From Candidatus Marinacidobacterales bacterium (lineage in GTDB: Bacteria > Acidobacteriota > Vicinamibacteria > Marinacidobacterales > DATDRI01): a DNA stretch of 64,000 nt. Below, piece after piece: positions 40,107-49,562 of this stretch; position 1 is the stretch's first letter, and each line of letters opens with the position of its first letter. Made by a program: the position numbers and the translations under genes. A model generated the notes under the pieces. That model was not told the origin of the DNA. It did no database searches and saw only the letters and a list, made by a program, of their open reading frames with translations. The stretch spans positions 3,168,001 to 3,232,000 of the forward strand of contig OZ245365.1 in the NCBI GenBank assembly GCA_965226495.1. Reading direction: 5' to 3'.

Positions 40107-41102
40107 ATGGTCGCCGATCTAGACAGGCAAATAGAGTTATTTCGTGAGCAGTTTCGCACCGTCCGGGACGAGATCTCGCGAATCATCGTGGGACACCAGG
40201 AGATCGTCGAGGCCGTCATCATCAGCCTGCTCTCCAACGGACACGTTCTCTTGGAGGGCATTCCGGGGCTCGGGAAGACCAAGCTCGTTCAAACACTCGC
40301 CGACGTGCTCCACCTCGAGTTCTCGCGAATCCAGTTCACCCCAGACTTGATGCCCGGGGACATCATCGGTACCAATGTCGTTCACGAGAACGAAGAGGGA
40401 CAGAAGTTCTTGGATTTCCAGCCCGGCCCGGTATTCGCCAATATCATCCTCGCGGACGAGATCAACCGCGCCACCCCCAAAACACAATCGGCTCTGCTGG
40501 AAGCCATGCAGGAGAAGACCGTCACGGTTGGCAAGGTCACCCACCGCCTGGAGAAACCCTTCTTCGTCTTGGCTACGCAAAACCCGCTGGAGATGGAAGG
40601 CACATACCCGCTTCCCGAAGCACAACTCGATCGGTTCATCTTCAAGCTCAAGATCGGTTTTCCGAATCTCGAGAGCCTACACGAAATCCTCGACCGCACG
40701 ACTCAAGTCGACGAGCCGACCGTCGAGCGGGTCCTCGATCAGGGGCAGATCTTGGAGATGCGGAAGACGGCTCGCTCGGTTCCCATCGCCAGACCGGTTC
40801 AGGAGTACGCGATCAAGCTCACCCTGGCGACGCATCCTGAATCATCGGAAGCCCACGAGATGACCAAGCGATACGTTCGCTTTGGGGCCAGCCCTCGCGG
40901 AACACAAGCGTTGGTTATCGGGGGCAAGGTGCACGCACTCCTCAACGATCGGGTACATGTTTCCTGCGAGGACATTCGGGCAATCGCTCTACCCTCTTTG
41001 CGGCACAGAGTGCTCTTGAACTTCGAGGGAGAAGCGGAGCGGGTCGATCCCGATGCGATCCTGGAGGCGATCCTGGAAATGGTTCCGCAGCCCTCGGAAT
41101 AG
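40107..41102 (+). CDS. moxR: MoxR-family AAA+ ATPase
   Basis: GIPGLGKT, RIQFTPDLMP, ADEINRA, ATQNP, GTYPLPEAQLDRF. Confidence 0.95.
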   Translation: MVADLDRQIELFREQFRTVRDEISRIIVGHQEIVEAVIISLLSNGHVLLEGIPGLGKTKLVQTLADVLHLEFSRIQFTPDLMPGDIIGTNVVHENEEGQKFLDFQPGPVFANIILADEINRATPKTQSALLEAMQEKTVTVGKVTHRLEKPFFVLATQNPLEMEGTYPLPEAQLDRFIFKLKIGFPNLESLHEILDRTTQVDEPTVERVLDQGQILEMRKTARSVPIARPVQEYAIKLTLATHPESSEAHEMTKRYVRFGASPRGTQALVIGGKVHALLNDRVHVSCEDIRAIALPSLRHRVLLNFEGEAERVDPDAILEAILEMVPQPSE

Positions 41103-41124
41103 GTTCAACGCACTTCCCCGTCTG

Positions 41125-42021
41125 ATGCCAGTAAGAGACAAACCGACCACTCTCTTCGACGAAGACTTCCTTCGCAAGCTCGAGTACCTGAACATCGTTT
41201 CGAACCGGCTCATTCCCGGTCACCTCAAGGGCCAGCATCGGGCTCGAAAAAAGGGCTCCGGCCTGGAGTTCGCCGACTATCGCCCGTACGTTCCGGGCGA
41301 TGACACTCGGAACGTCGACTGGAGAACCTACCTCCGTTTGGACAAGTTGTTGCTTCGAATGTTCGACGAGGAAGCGGACCTCCCCATCTACATTTTTTTC
41401 GACGCCAGTCGATCGATGAACTATGGAACGCCGTCGAAGTTCGACTACGCGCGCAAGGTTGCGGCAGCGCTCTGTTACATCGGTCTGCTGAACCTCGATC
41501 GAGTCAGCCTCATCGCCTTCGCCGACGGCAAAGCCGCAGAAATGTCTTCTCGGCGCGGGAAGAACCAGATCCACCACGCCTTGCGGTTCCTCGAAGGAGT
41601 GGACCTGGCGGGCACGACTCACATGCAGCCCGCCTTCAAGAGTTTCTTCAGCGCAAAGCGGCGCCGAGGTCTCGTCGCCGTCATTTCTGATTTCTTGGAT
41701 CCGGACGGCGTCGAGCAAGCGTTCAATTGGCTGCGATACCTGAGACAGGATGTGTTCACCTTGCACATTGTCAGCGCCGAGGAAACACGACCCGAGCTCC
41801 CGGCGGAGGTTCTCCTGGTCGATTCCGAAGACGGGACATCCCAGCGGATTCGAACGACGCCCGGCCTCATCGCGGCCTACGAAGAAAAGTTTCAGGAGCA
41901 CGCGCGGGAGATCGAATCCTATTGCTGGAAGTACGGCTGGGGATACGTCCGAACGACGACCGAAACTCCCTTCGAAGATCTCATCCTCCAGGTTTTCCGC
42001 CAGGACCGTTTCCTGAGATGA
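41125..42021 (+). CDS. DUF58 domain (VWA-like) protein
   Basis: GSGLEFADYRPYVPGDD..VDW, DASRSM, VISDF. Confidence 0.92.
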   Translation: MPVRDKPTTLFDEDFLRKLEYLNIVSNRLIPGHLKGQHRARKKGSGLEFADYRPYVPGDDTRNVDWRTYLRLDKLLLRMFDEEADLPIYIFFDASRSMNYGTPSKFDYARKVAAALCYIGLLNLDRVSLIAFADGKAAEMSSRRGKNQIHHALRFLEGVDLAGTTHMQPAFKSFFSAKRRRGLVAVISDFLDPDGVEQAFNWLRYLRQDVFTLHIVSAEETRPELPAEVLLVDSEDGTSQRIRTTPGLIAAYEEKFQEHAREIESYCWKYGWGYVRTTTETPFEDLILQVFRQDRFLR

Positions 42022-43763
42022 GGTTCCTTGCTCTTCCCTACTGGCAGGCCCTCTTGCTGGTCGGGCTGACCGCCGCTGCCATCGCGGTTCTCTATTGGCT
42101 GAAGCCACCGCCGCGACGCCTGCTGGTGCCGTCCAACTTGTTGTGGCGGATGGTGCTCAAGGAACGAAAGTCGAGCTACGACCAGATGCGCTGGTTGATC
42201 TCGTTACTTCTCGCGCTTGCGATAGGCGCCGCTATGGCGCTAGCGGTTGGGCGTCCCGAGAACAATGATGCTCCGGTTCGAAACGTGAGGTTGATTCTAG
42301 ATAACAGTCCTACCATGGCGACCCGGTCTTCGGACGGGCGCACGCGTTGGAACCATGCCGTTGAGGCGGCGGAGGAGATTCTTTCCGGAGGAAGCGAGGG
42401 TAGCCGGTTCCTCCTCGTGGATACGATGGTGCAGGCCACGTCCGCAATCTGGGTCGACCGCCGGCAGGCCAGGGAAGTGTTGAGCGCGCTATCGGTGTCG
42501 CCGAGCGGAACGCCGTCCTTGCCCCGACTCGACGCGCCCGACGCAGAAACGGTCATCGTCTCCGACGGCGTGTCTCTCGAAGTGCCGGTCGGGGCGCGCA
42601 CGATATCGACGTTCGAACCAACCGACAACGTCGGCATCACCGCGTTCGAGATCCGCCCCGAACCCGCCGAGCCTTTCCGTTACCGGGCTTATCTCGAGGT
42701 CGAGAACTTCTCGCCGCAATCGAAGCAGATCGACGTCCAGATCGGCGGAGCCGGCCCACATCGACTCGATAGAAATCTGACGTTGCCGACCGGTGAAGTT
42801 TTCTCCGAAGCCTTCGACCTTGCCGAGTTCGAAGGCGGAGCCATCCGAGCCACGGTGACGACACCCGGTGACGGATTCGAGCCCGACAACTTCGCCTTTT
42901 CCTACTTGCCCCCACATCGAAGGATTCGTGTGCTTTTGGTGAGTCGCGGGAATCAGTACCTGGAGACGGCGCTCGGCGTGGATGTCGGAGTGGACCTTTC
43001 GATGTTGACGCCGGAGCGGTTTCAAGAACAGCGGGAGCATGTTCGTCCCGACGTCTTCATCTTCGATCGCTTTGAACCGGATCCTCTGCCTGATGGCCCC
43101 TCCATCCTTTTTGGACCGCCCGGGTCTGAGGTCATCGAAGGTCCGCACGTCGCGGGGCGCGGCACCGGCCATCCTCTCCTGCAATTCGTCTCCCTCGAGG
43201 ATCTGCTCGTCGATCGCGCGAGGCGCGTCAACCCGTCAGACGCTGAGATAGTTCTCGGAACCAAGGAGGCTCCGTTGATCTTGGCTGCCGAGGAGCCAAC
43301 TCGACGGCTCGCCGTGACATTCAACTTGGCTGACTCCAACTTCCCGCTTCAATCCGGCTTCCTCGTCTTCCTGTCGAACGCCCTGACGTGGGCGACCGGG
43401 GAGCCGTTGGCGCTCCGACGTTCACTCGGGATGGTCGATGTGCCATTGTCCGATCCGATCGTCACAGATCTCGAAGGCAAGGAGATCCCATGCCGCGCAT
43501 TGATGGGCAAAACCGTTTTCGAAGCGAGTGAGCCCGGCCTTTACACCGCGGTTCAGGGGAACCGGCGATTGCGCGTGGCCGTCAACGTCACCGACCGAAG
43601 GATTTCCGACGTGAATCGCTCGACGCTCCCTCGGCAGGACGCTCGCCCGAGGAGTGAATTGACGGCCGGGGGAACAGGAGAGCTTTGGGTGTTCCTACTC
43701 GGAGCGGCTATCTTTCTACTCGTCTTCGAATGGTGGACCTACCATCGCCGCATCACGATCTAA
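42018..43763 (+). CDS. BatA-type N-terminal domain + VWA membrane protein
   Basis: ATGA overlap with DUF58; LYWLK..VPSNLLW, MIDAS LDNSPTM, VSDG, C-terminal TM ending FEWW. Confidence 0.85.
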   Translation: MRFLALPYWQALLLVGLTAAAIAVLYWLKPPPRRLLVPSNLLWRMVLKERKSSYDQMRWLISLLLALAIGAAMALAVGRPENNDAPVRNVRLILDNSPTMATRSSDGRTRWNHAVEAAEEILSGGSEGSRFLLVDTMVQATSAIWVDRRQAREVLSALSVSPSGTPSLPRLDAPDAETVIVSDGVSLEVPVGARTISTFEPTDNVGITAFEIRPEPAEPFRYRAYLEVENFSPQSKQIDVQIGGAGPHRLDRNLTLPTGEVFSEAFDLAEFEGGAIRATVTTPGDGFEPDNFAFSYLPPHRRIRVLLVSRGNQYLETALGVDVGVDLSMLTPERFQEQREHVRPDVFIFDRFEPDPLPDGPSILFGPPGSEVIEGPHVAGRGTGHPLLQFVSLEDLLVDRARRVNPSDAEIVLGTKEAPLILAAEEPTRRLAVTFNLADSNFPLQSGFLVFLSNALTWATGEPLALRRSLGMVDVPLSDPIVTDLEGKEIPCRALMGKTVFEASEPGLYTAVQGNRRLRVAVNVTDRRISDVNRSTLPRQDARPRSELTAGGTGELWVFLLGAAIFLLVFEWWTYHRRITI

Positions 43764-44035
43764 TTTGGGGATCGGTTATTTACTCCGTCCGGACGGAGTG
43801 CGCGGCTCTGCAAAAATAAAAGATCACTGAGAAAAATAATCTGTTTTTTGCTTGACAGCTCTGGCGAAGCGATACGAAAAACGTGGCAGGTATGATGTGG
43901 AGTGGGCCTGTACCTGCGATAAAGAAACGACGGTCACTCTCGTTGGCTTGGATAGACTTCGCAAGTGTCTCGATGTGTTCGCGTTCAACACACGCGAGCA
44001 CAGAGCGTCTAAAAAGTCCATGCTATAAATGGCGG

Positions 44036-45241
44036 ATGAACAAGAAAGATGAATTGAAATCGCTTTCCCGACTATCGGATGACGAGCTTCTTGTTCGACT
44101 GTGGAGCGTTTTGAAACAGTCCCGGCGTGTCGAGTCGGTTCTCGTTGCGCATATCGCCGAAGTCGACGCCCGCCGACTGTATGCCCGTGAAGCATCGTCA
44201 TCGATGTTTCAGTATTGCGTCGACGTGTTACGCCTGTCCGAGGCAGAAGCCTACCTACGGATAGCCGCCGCACGGGCGTCACGCCAACATCCGGCGCTGC
44301 TGACGATGCTCGACGATGGGCGTCTTCACTTGAGCGGCATCGCGGTGCTGGCGCCGCATCTTACCGAGACCAATTGCGAGGAGCTTCTGGCTCGAGCAAC
44401 CCACAAAACCAAGCGCGAGCTCCTGGTGCTGGTGGCGGAGATTGCGCCGAAGCCGGATGTCTCGCCCTCCATCCGGAAGCTTCCGAAGCGGCGACAGAAG
44501 CCGGTTAGCGAACAACGTACGTCCTGTGCCGAAACTACTCCGTCCGGCCCGTCTGGAAAAAGTCGTCCAGCCACTGAACCGGCCCCCGCTCCGACTCCCC
44601 AAGCGCCTGACAAGCCGCCGGTCGTCGAGCCGCTGGCGCCTGCGCGCTACAAAGTGCAGTTCACGGCGAGCGCCGAGCTTCACGACAAGCTCCAACGGCT
44701 CGCGGCGCTCATGCCGGGTGTCGACCTCACTTCCATGATCGAAGCCTCCGTGACGGAGAAACTCGAACGGCTCGAAGCCAAGCGCCTCGGCAAAGCCAAA
44801 AATCCGAGAAAGAGCCTCGAAGATGCCGACACGTCGCCGGGAGTGCGCGGAATTCCCGCTCCTGTGAGGCGCTTCGTGTGGGCGCGCGACCAAGGCCAAT
44901 GCACGTTTGAGAGCGGGGACGGTAGACGATGTCCCGAGCGCCTAGGACTGCAGTTCCACCACGACGATCCCCACGCGCTCGGCGGCGATCGAAGTGCCGA
45001 CAATGTCAGACTTCTATGTGGTCCGCACAATCTCTACATGGCGGAGATGGACTACGGCAAAGACAAGATGGAGGGGTACCGGGGTTCCGCCGACCGGGTC
45101 CGTGAACCGAAGCCGTCGTTTCAACTCTTTCCGGACCGAGTTGTGCACGGGAGCCAGCGCGTGTCTACTTCTCGAAGGCAATGGACTCGAGCACCTCGGT
45201 GTTTCGAGGTCTCAACTCTTGGTCCTTGTCCACAACTTTGA
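44036..45241 (+). CDS. HNH endonuclease with DUF222-like N-terminal region
   Basis: LSDDELL..LVAHIAEVDARRLY..GRLHLSGI; VWARDQGQC..RC..FHH..GG..NVRLLCGPHN. Confidence 0.85.
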   Translation: MNKKDELKSLSRLSDDELLVRLWSVLKQSRRVESVLVAHIAEVDARRLYAREASSSMFQYCVDVLRLSEAEAYLRIAAARASRQHPALLTMLDDGRLHLSGIAVLAPHLTETNCEELLARATHKTKRELLVLVAEIAPKPDVSPSIRKLPKRRQKPVSEQRTSCAETTPSGPSGKSRPATEPAPAPTPQAPDKPPVVEPLAPARYKVQFTASAELHDKLQRLAALMPGVDLTSMIEASVTEKLERLEAKRLGKAKNPRKSLEDADTSPGVRGIPAPVRRFVWARDQGQCTFESGDGRRCPERLGLQFHHDDPHALGGDRSADNVRLLCGPHNLYMAEMDYGKDKMEGYRGSADRVREPKPSFQLFPDRVVHGSQRVSTSRRQWTRAPRCFEVSTLGPCPQL

Positions 45242-45689
45242 GCTCAAGATCTGCATCCACGGTTTCGGGACGAAAACACCGTTTGTCATCACAGGCCTGA
45301 TATCTGAGTCTGCCGCCGATGGCATGCTTGCCTAGCGCCAGGCTCTCGCCTAGCTCCAACGAGACGCCGATGAAAAATGTCTCCTCGTAAACGGCCAAAG
45401 GTTTCTCGGACCACTCGAGCGTGAGGTTGATGGCCTCCGGGTAGACCGTCTCTCGAAGGGCGATGCCCTCCGGTAGTTCCAAGCTCAGCGAAGTCGCAAT
45501 GAGGTATTTGTCCAAAGGCTGGTTGGAATTCACGTGGAAGCCCTTCGGCAACTTCACTCCGATGGCAGCGTGGACGATCTTACCCGCGTGTACGACGTCT
45601 GACTCGAGCAACCCGCTCACTTGAACCTGGGGACGTCCTTGAGAGAGCGTCGAGATCGCTCCAACCAATACGAAGAAAGCCCATCTCAT
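45165..45689 (-). CDS. Stand-alone DsbD N-terminal domain protein (secreted)
   Basis: Signal peptide; GFHVNSN, YQACDDKRCF dithiol; ATGA overlap with the upstream gene. Confidence 0.85.
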   Translation of the reverse strand: MRWAFFVLVGAISTLSQGRPQVQVSGLLESDVVHAGKIVHAAIGVKLPKGFHVNSNQPLDKYLIATSLSLELPEGIALRETVYPEAINLTLEWSEKPLAVYEETFFIGVSLELGESLALGKHAIGGRLRYQACDDKRCFRPETVDADLELKVVDKDQELRPRNTEVLESIAFEK

Positions 45690-48600
45690 TCGTTGGTCCC
45701 GTGCGCCTGGCCTTCGGCCCCAGACATCCAGAGTAATTTCCGCAGATCCGACACCGAGGGGACGCCCCATCGAGCGATGAGGACTTGTCCCGTTGCGTCG
45801 GTAACGAACGTCGCGGGAACGGCGTCCGCACGAAGCTCAGCGAGTATGGTTTCATTCACTTTGTCGATCTCGCTCTTCGCGATTCCCGTTAAGAGCTCGT
45901 AGGGTGGTGTGTACTCCGCGAGCCAACTCTGCAGCATGTCTCTAGAGTCTTCGCCATCGACCGGTACCGAGTACATAGCGAGCTCATCTTCTCCGAAGGC
46001 CTCCCGCAGCCTGTGGAACTCAGGTAGCTCGGTAACACACGCCGTGCACCAAGTCGCCATCGTTGTGACGAGCGTAAGGCCTCGCTTCGACTGTTGACTC
46101 TCGCCTTCGTGTAGCACAACGAGGTTACTCGCCCGTTCCTTCGTCGGAAGTAAGCGGGTCTTCCAGAAGTCTGGCGACGAGGCTCGAGTCATCAGAGCGC
46201 TTGGAGCCTTCGCGTACGGCTCTAGGGTAAAGGGCTTCCCTGTCGGCGAATCGGATGGATTCTCGTAAAGGGTGACCAGCATGCCGGCGGGGATCTCGTT
46301 CGACTTCTGCTTCTTTCCCGAGAGCCACCGAACCCAAAGCGACGCTAGGCTGTCGTGCTCTCCAATGCCAATAATCATCGTGGAGCTGTGCTGTGCAAGA
46401 TAGCCGCTTTCCGGTTGGAGCTCTCGGTAAATCAGCTCTCCTTCGCCGAGGTCCAGTTCCACCGCGGTCCCGAAAGCATCTCTGGCACTCCAATCTTTGG
46501 ACGGCTTCGGCGTCTTGTTACCTCCCACAAACCGCAAAGCGATGAAGCCGCCGCGAGTCTTGTCGCCAATGCCATTCCTGAGCAAGCGCAGGCGTGGCGC
46601 TCCGGGGCTACCGAGCGCCACGTCCAACCAGCCGTCCCGATCATAGTCGAGGAGCGCAAAGGACCGACCGTCCCCCGGATCATCGAGACCCGTAACGCCA
46701 GAGAGATCCTCGAATTGATGTCCCGGAAACCCGCCCAGGAACAGGTGGTTCCGCTCGGCTCCGCTCCAAGGAATTCCGGAAAAGATCGATGCGTTCGTAC
46801 TCTGGATCGTCTCCACCATCGTTGCCCACCGGCTTTTGCTGCCCTCCTGACCGGAACCATCGAGATCGCGTGCGACCGCACGCCAAAAGGTACTTCAACT
46901 ATCGCCTATCGTCGCGACTTCGGGTGGCATGCTCATCATGCTAGCGGGCACGTAGATGTCGAGGTAGCCGTCGTTGTTAAGATCCGCAAAACCTCCGCCC
47001 CATCCAAAATCCGCCGCCTCCACCTGCGGAGACGGTGGCTCCATCCCCGAGACCTTGTAGAATCCATCGGGCCCGTTGCGGATCAAAGAATTGCCTCTCG
47101 CCGACTGGGCCACCATTGCGCTCGACTGCATCTGCTCGGCGATACGCATACCCGCTTTGCTGAACATGTTCGTCGTGTACATGTCCGCACGGCCGTCGTT
47201 GTCGTAGTCGCCCCATGAACCACCCATACCGAATCCGATCTCGCCCGTATGTTCGTTCGAAATGTCTGTGAACACGCCATTCCCATCGTTTCTTCTGAGC
47301 TCGTTCGGCCCTAGCTCATTGACAACGTACAAATCCATATCCCCATCGCGGTCGATATCCGACCACGCAGTGGCTAGCGTATTGAAGCTAGACTTCGCAG
47401 CGTCGTTGGGATCGGTCCGTCGGAATCGTCCGTCGCCCAGGTTCTCGAGAAGCCAATTGGAGGGACCCGGGTTTCCGGAGATCGGGTGCGCTTCGTCGGA
47501 ACGCATTCGACGAAATATTGCCTTCGCCTCTTCGGGGTCTAGCCAGGGGATTTCATCGGCCCCCGTCTCGCCGCTTGCCTTCGCTCGCTCGTTCGCGGCC
47601 TGCATGTACTGGGTGTAGGGACCAGTGTAAGCTCCTAGGTAGACGTCGAGCAATCCGTCGTTGTTGTAATCCGTCACGCTGATCGGCAAGACCCAGCTCG
47701 GAAGCCCTTCTTCGACGAGATCGCTCGCATCGACGAAACGTCCGTGCTCGTTTCGCAAGTAGCGCGTTCCATTCTCACGATTGTAAAAGCTCAAGAACAC
47801 ATCGCTATCATCGTCGTTGTCGAAGTCAGCAAAAGTCGCCGAGTGAACGTTGGCCAGATCTAGGCCCAAGCTCTCTGAGATCTCCTCGAACGTTCCGTCC
47901 CCACGATTTCTGAAAAAGAGTGCGGGCGCATCGTAGCCTGCGAAGTAGAAGTCGTCGAAACCATCGCGGTCGATGTCTACGACGGACGCTTGGTTCGCGT
48001 GGCCCCATGGGGATGTCCCGTTCTCCAACTGATCTCGGACCATGTCGAGAACATCCTCCAACTCCATTTGGCCGGTTCGAATGCCCAGAACCACATTGAC
48101 GAGCATCTCGTCTCGGTTCGAATGAGCCAGACGTGCTCGGTCGTCGCCCGCAAACGCGAGGTCGCCCACATCGCTGAAGAGTGGAGCCTCTGCCTGAGTT
48201 ACGGTGAAGTCTTTCGTCGCAAGCTTCGTCACGCGCCAAGTACCCCTGTCGTCATCTGCCTTCCCTGGCTCGTGCCTCCATCGGATGCTCAGCTTCCCTT
48301 TCACCGAACCCACTTTTCCCGAGGGGAATTGGGCCAAGCCCTTGAACCCCGTCTCTGTCTCATACTGCGATTTGTCGGTGCCCACGAAGCGACCGCGAAC
48401 ATTGTAGAAGTTGAAGTGATGAAAGAAGTCGACCGTCTCGAGGAAGCTCGTCCAGAGCGTCAAGTCCGCCGCTTCGACACGCGTTCGTGGGGCCGAGAGC
48501 GGCCATCGCCATCGATCCAAGCCGAGGCCGAGAATGTCCCCTTCTTCTTTACTTGGGCTGGCTCCCAGATCCACCACATCTAGCCTTGGCTCCAGAGCGG

Positions 48601-48799
48601 CAAGGCTTTGGGCATCGGGAAAGCTCAGATTCATCACGCTTTTCGAGAGCTTCGCCAGATTCCCCCGCAGGCCCTCGATAACCGTCTCGCTTTCAAGGAC
48701 TTCATCCGCGGTCAGCGGGCGTGCCGGCGCTTCGGTGCAAGCTACGGAATAGGCTTCAAGTGCGAGTACCAGCGACAGCACCCATGCACGTTTCTGCAT
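45686..48799 (-). CDS. CRTAC1/ASPIC-UnbV FG-GAP lipoprotein fused to a TlpA-like thioredoxin domain; putative selenoprotein (UGA at codon 635)
   Basis: RBS GGAGG, lipobox-like SVAC; DxDxDG repeats continue across a single in-frame TGA (46897-46895); SGYLAQHS ASPIC/UnbV motif; ATWCTAC. Family call is firm; readthrough is inferred. Confidence 0.75.
46868..46897 (-). promoter_or_regulatory. Candidate bacterial SECIS element
   Basis: UGA + 11 nt + GCGUGC-GGUC-GCACGC hairpin with a G-starting apical loop. Confidence 0.65.
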
Positions 48800-48982
48800 G
48801 CTTCCCTCCGATCTGTCCTGCAAGACCGCCAGGCTCCTAAGGGTATTCGCGCGAAATCTCGCTCGATCGGCTCAACGGATCCGAAAAAACTTGCCCCCCG
48901 TTGCGGCACGTCCAGCACTGATGATACAAGAAAGAACCGTTTTCTTCGCAATGTGTAGTACAAAAACGGCCTAGTTACAAAA

Positions 48983-49552
48983 ATGAGCTCTCCGAGCCCC
49001 GGCGAGGTAACCCGGCTCCTCGAGAAGTGGAGCGGCGGCCAGCAATCTGCGCTCGACGAGCTCATGCCCATCGTCTACTCGGAGCTTCGCAAGTTGGCGC
49101 GGATCCATTTACGCCGCGAGAGAACCGGGCATACCCTAGAGGCCACGGCTCTTACGCACGAGGCTTACCTAAGGCTGGTTGGCCAGAGGAAGGTTCGTTG
49201 GCAGAGCCGCGCCCATTTCTTTTCTGTCGCCGCACAGATGATGCGCCGCATCCTGGTCGAGTACGCGAGGAAACGCCAGACCACGAAGCGGGGCTCGGGA
49301 GCCGCCCAGGTCTCATTGGTGGACGGCCATGGGGCTACGGCGCCCACCACTATCGAAGTCCTGTCGCTCCACGAGGCTTTGGGCCGCCTCGCGGAAATGG
49401 ATCCACGGCAGAGCCAGATCGTGGAGCTTCGCTTCTTTGGTGGTTTGACGATTGATGAAACCGCGGAAGTCGTGGGCGCGTCCCCGGCCACGGTGAAGCG
49501 CGAGTGGCAAGTCGCGAAGCTGTGGCTACAACGCGAGATGGAAGGAAACTGA
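48983..49552 (+). CDS. ECF sigma-70 factor (Ser/Thr-kinase-associated type)
   Basis: VYSELRKLA, HTLEATALTHEAYLRL, MRRILVEYAR, ELRFFGGLT, TVKREW. Confidence 0.93.
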   Translation: MSSPSPGEVTRLLEKWSGGQQSALDELMPIVYSELRKLARIHLRRERTGHTLEATALTHEAYLRLVGQRKVRWQSRAHFFSVAAQMMRRILVEYARKRQTTKRGSGAAQVSLVDGHGATAPTTIEVLSLHEALGRLAEMDPRQSQIVELRFFGGLTIDETAEVVGASPATVKREWQVAKLWLQREMEGN

Positions 49553-49562
49553 GAGCGTCGGC

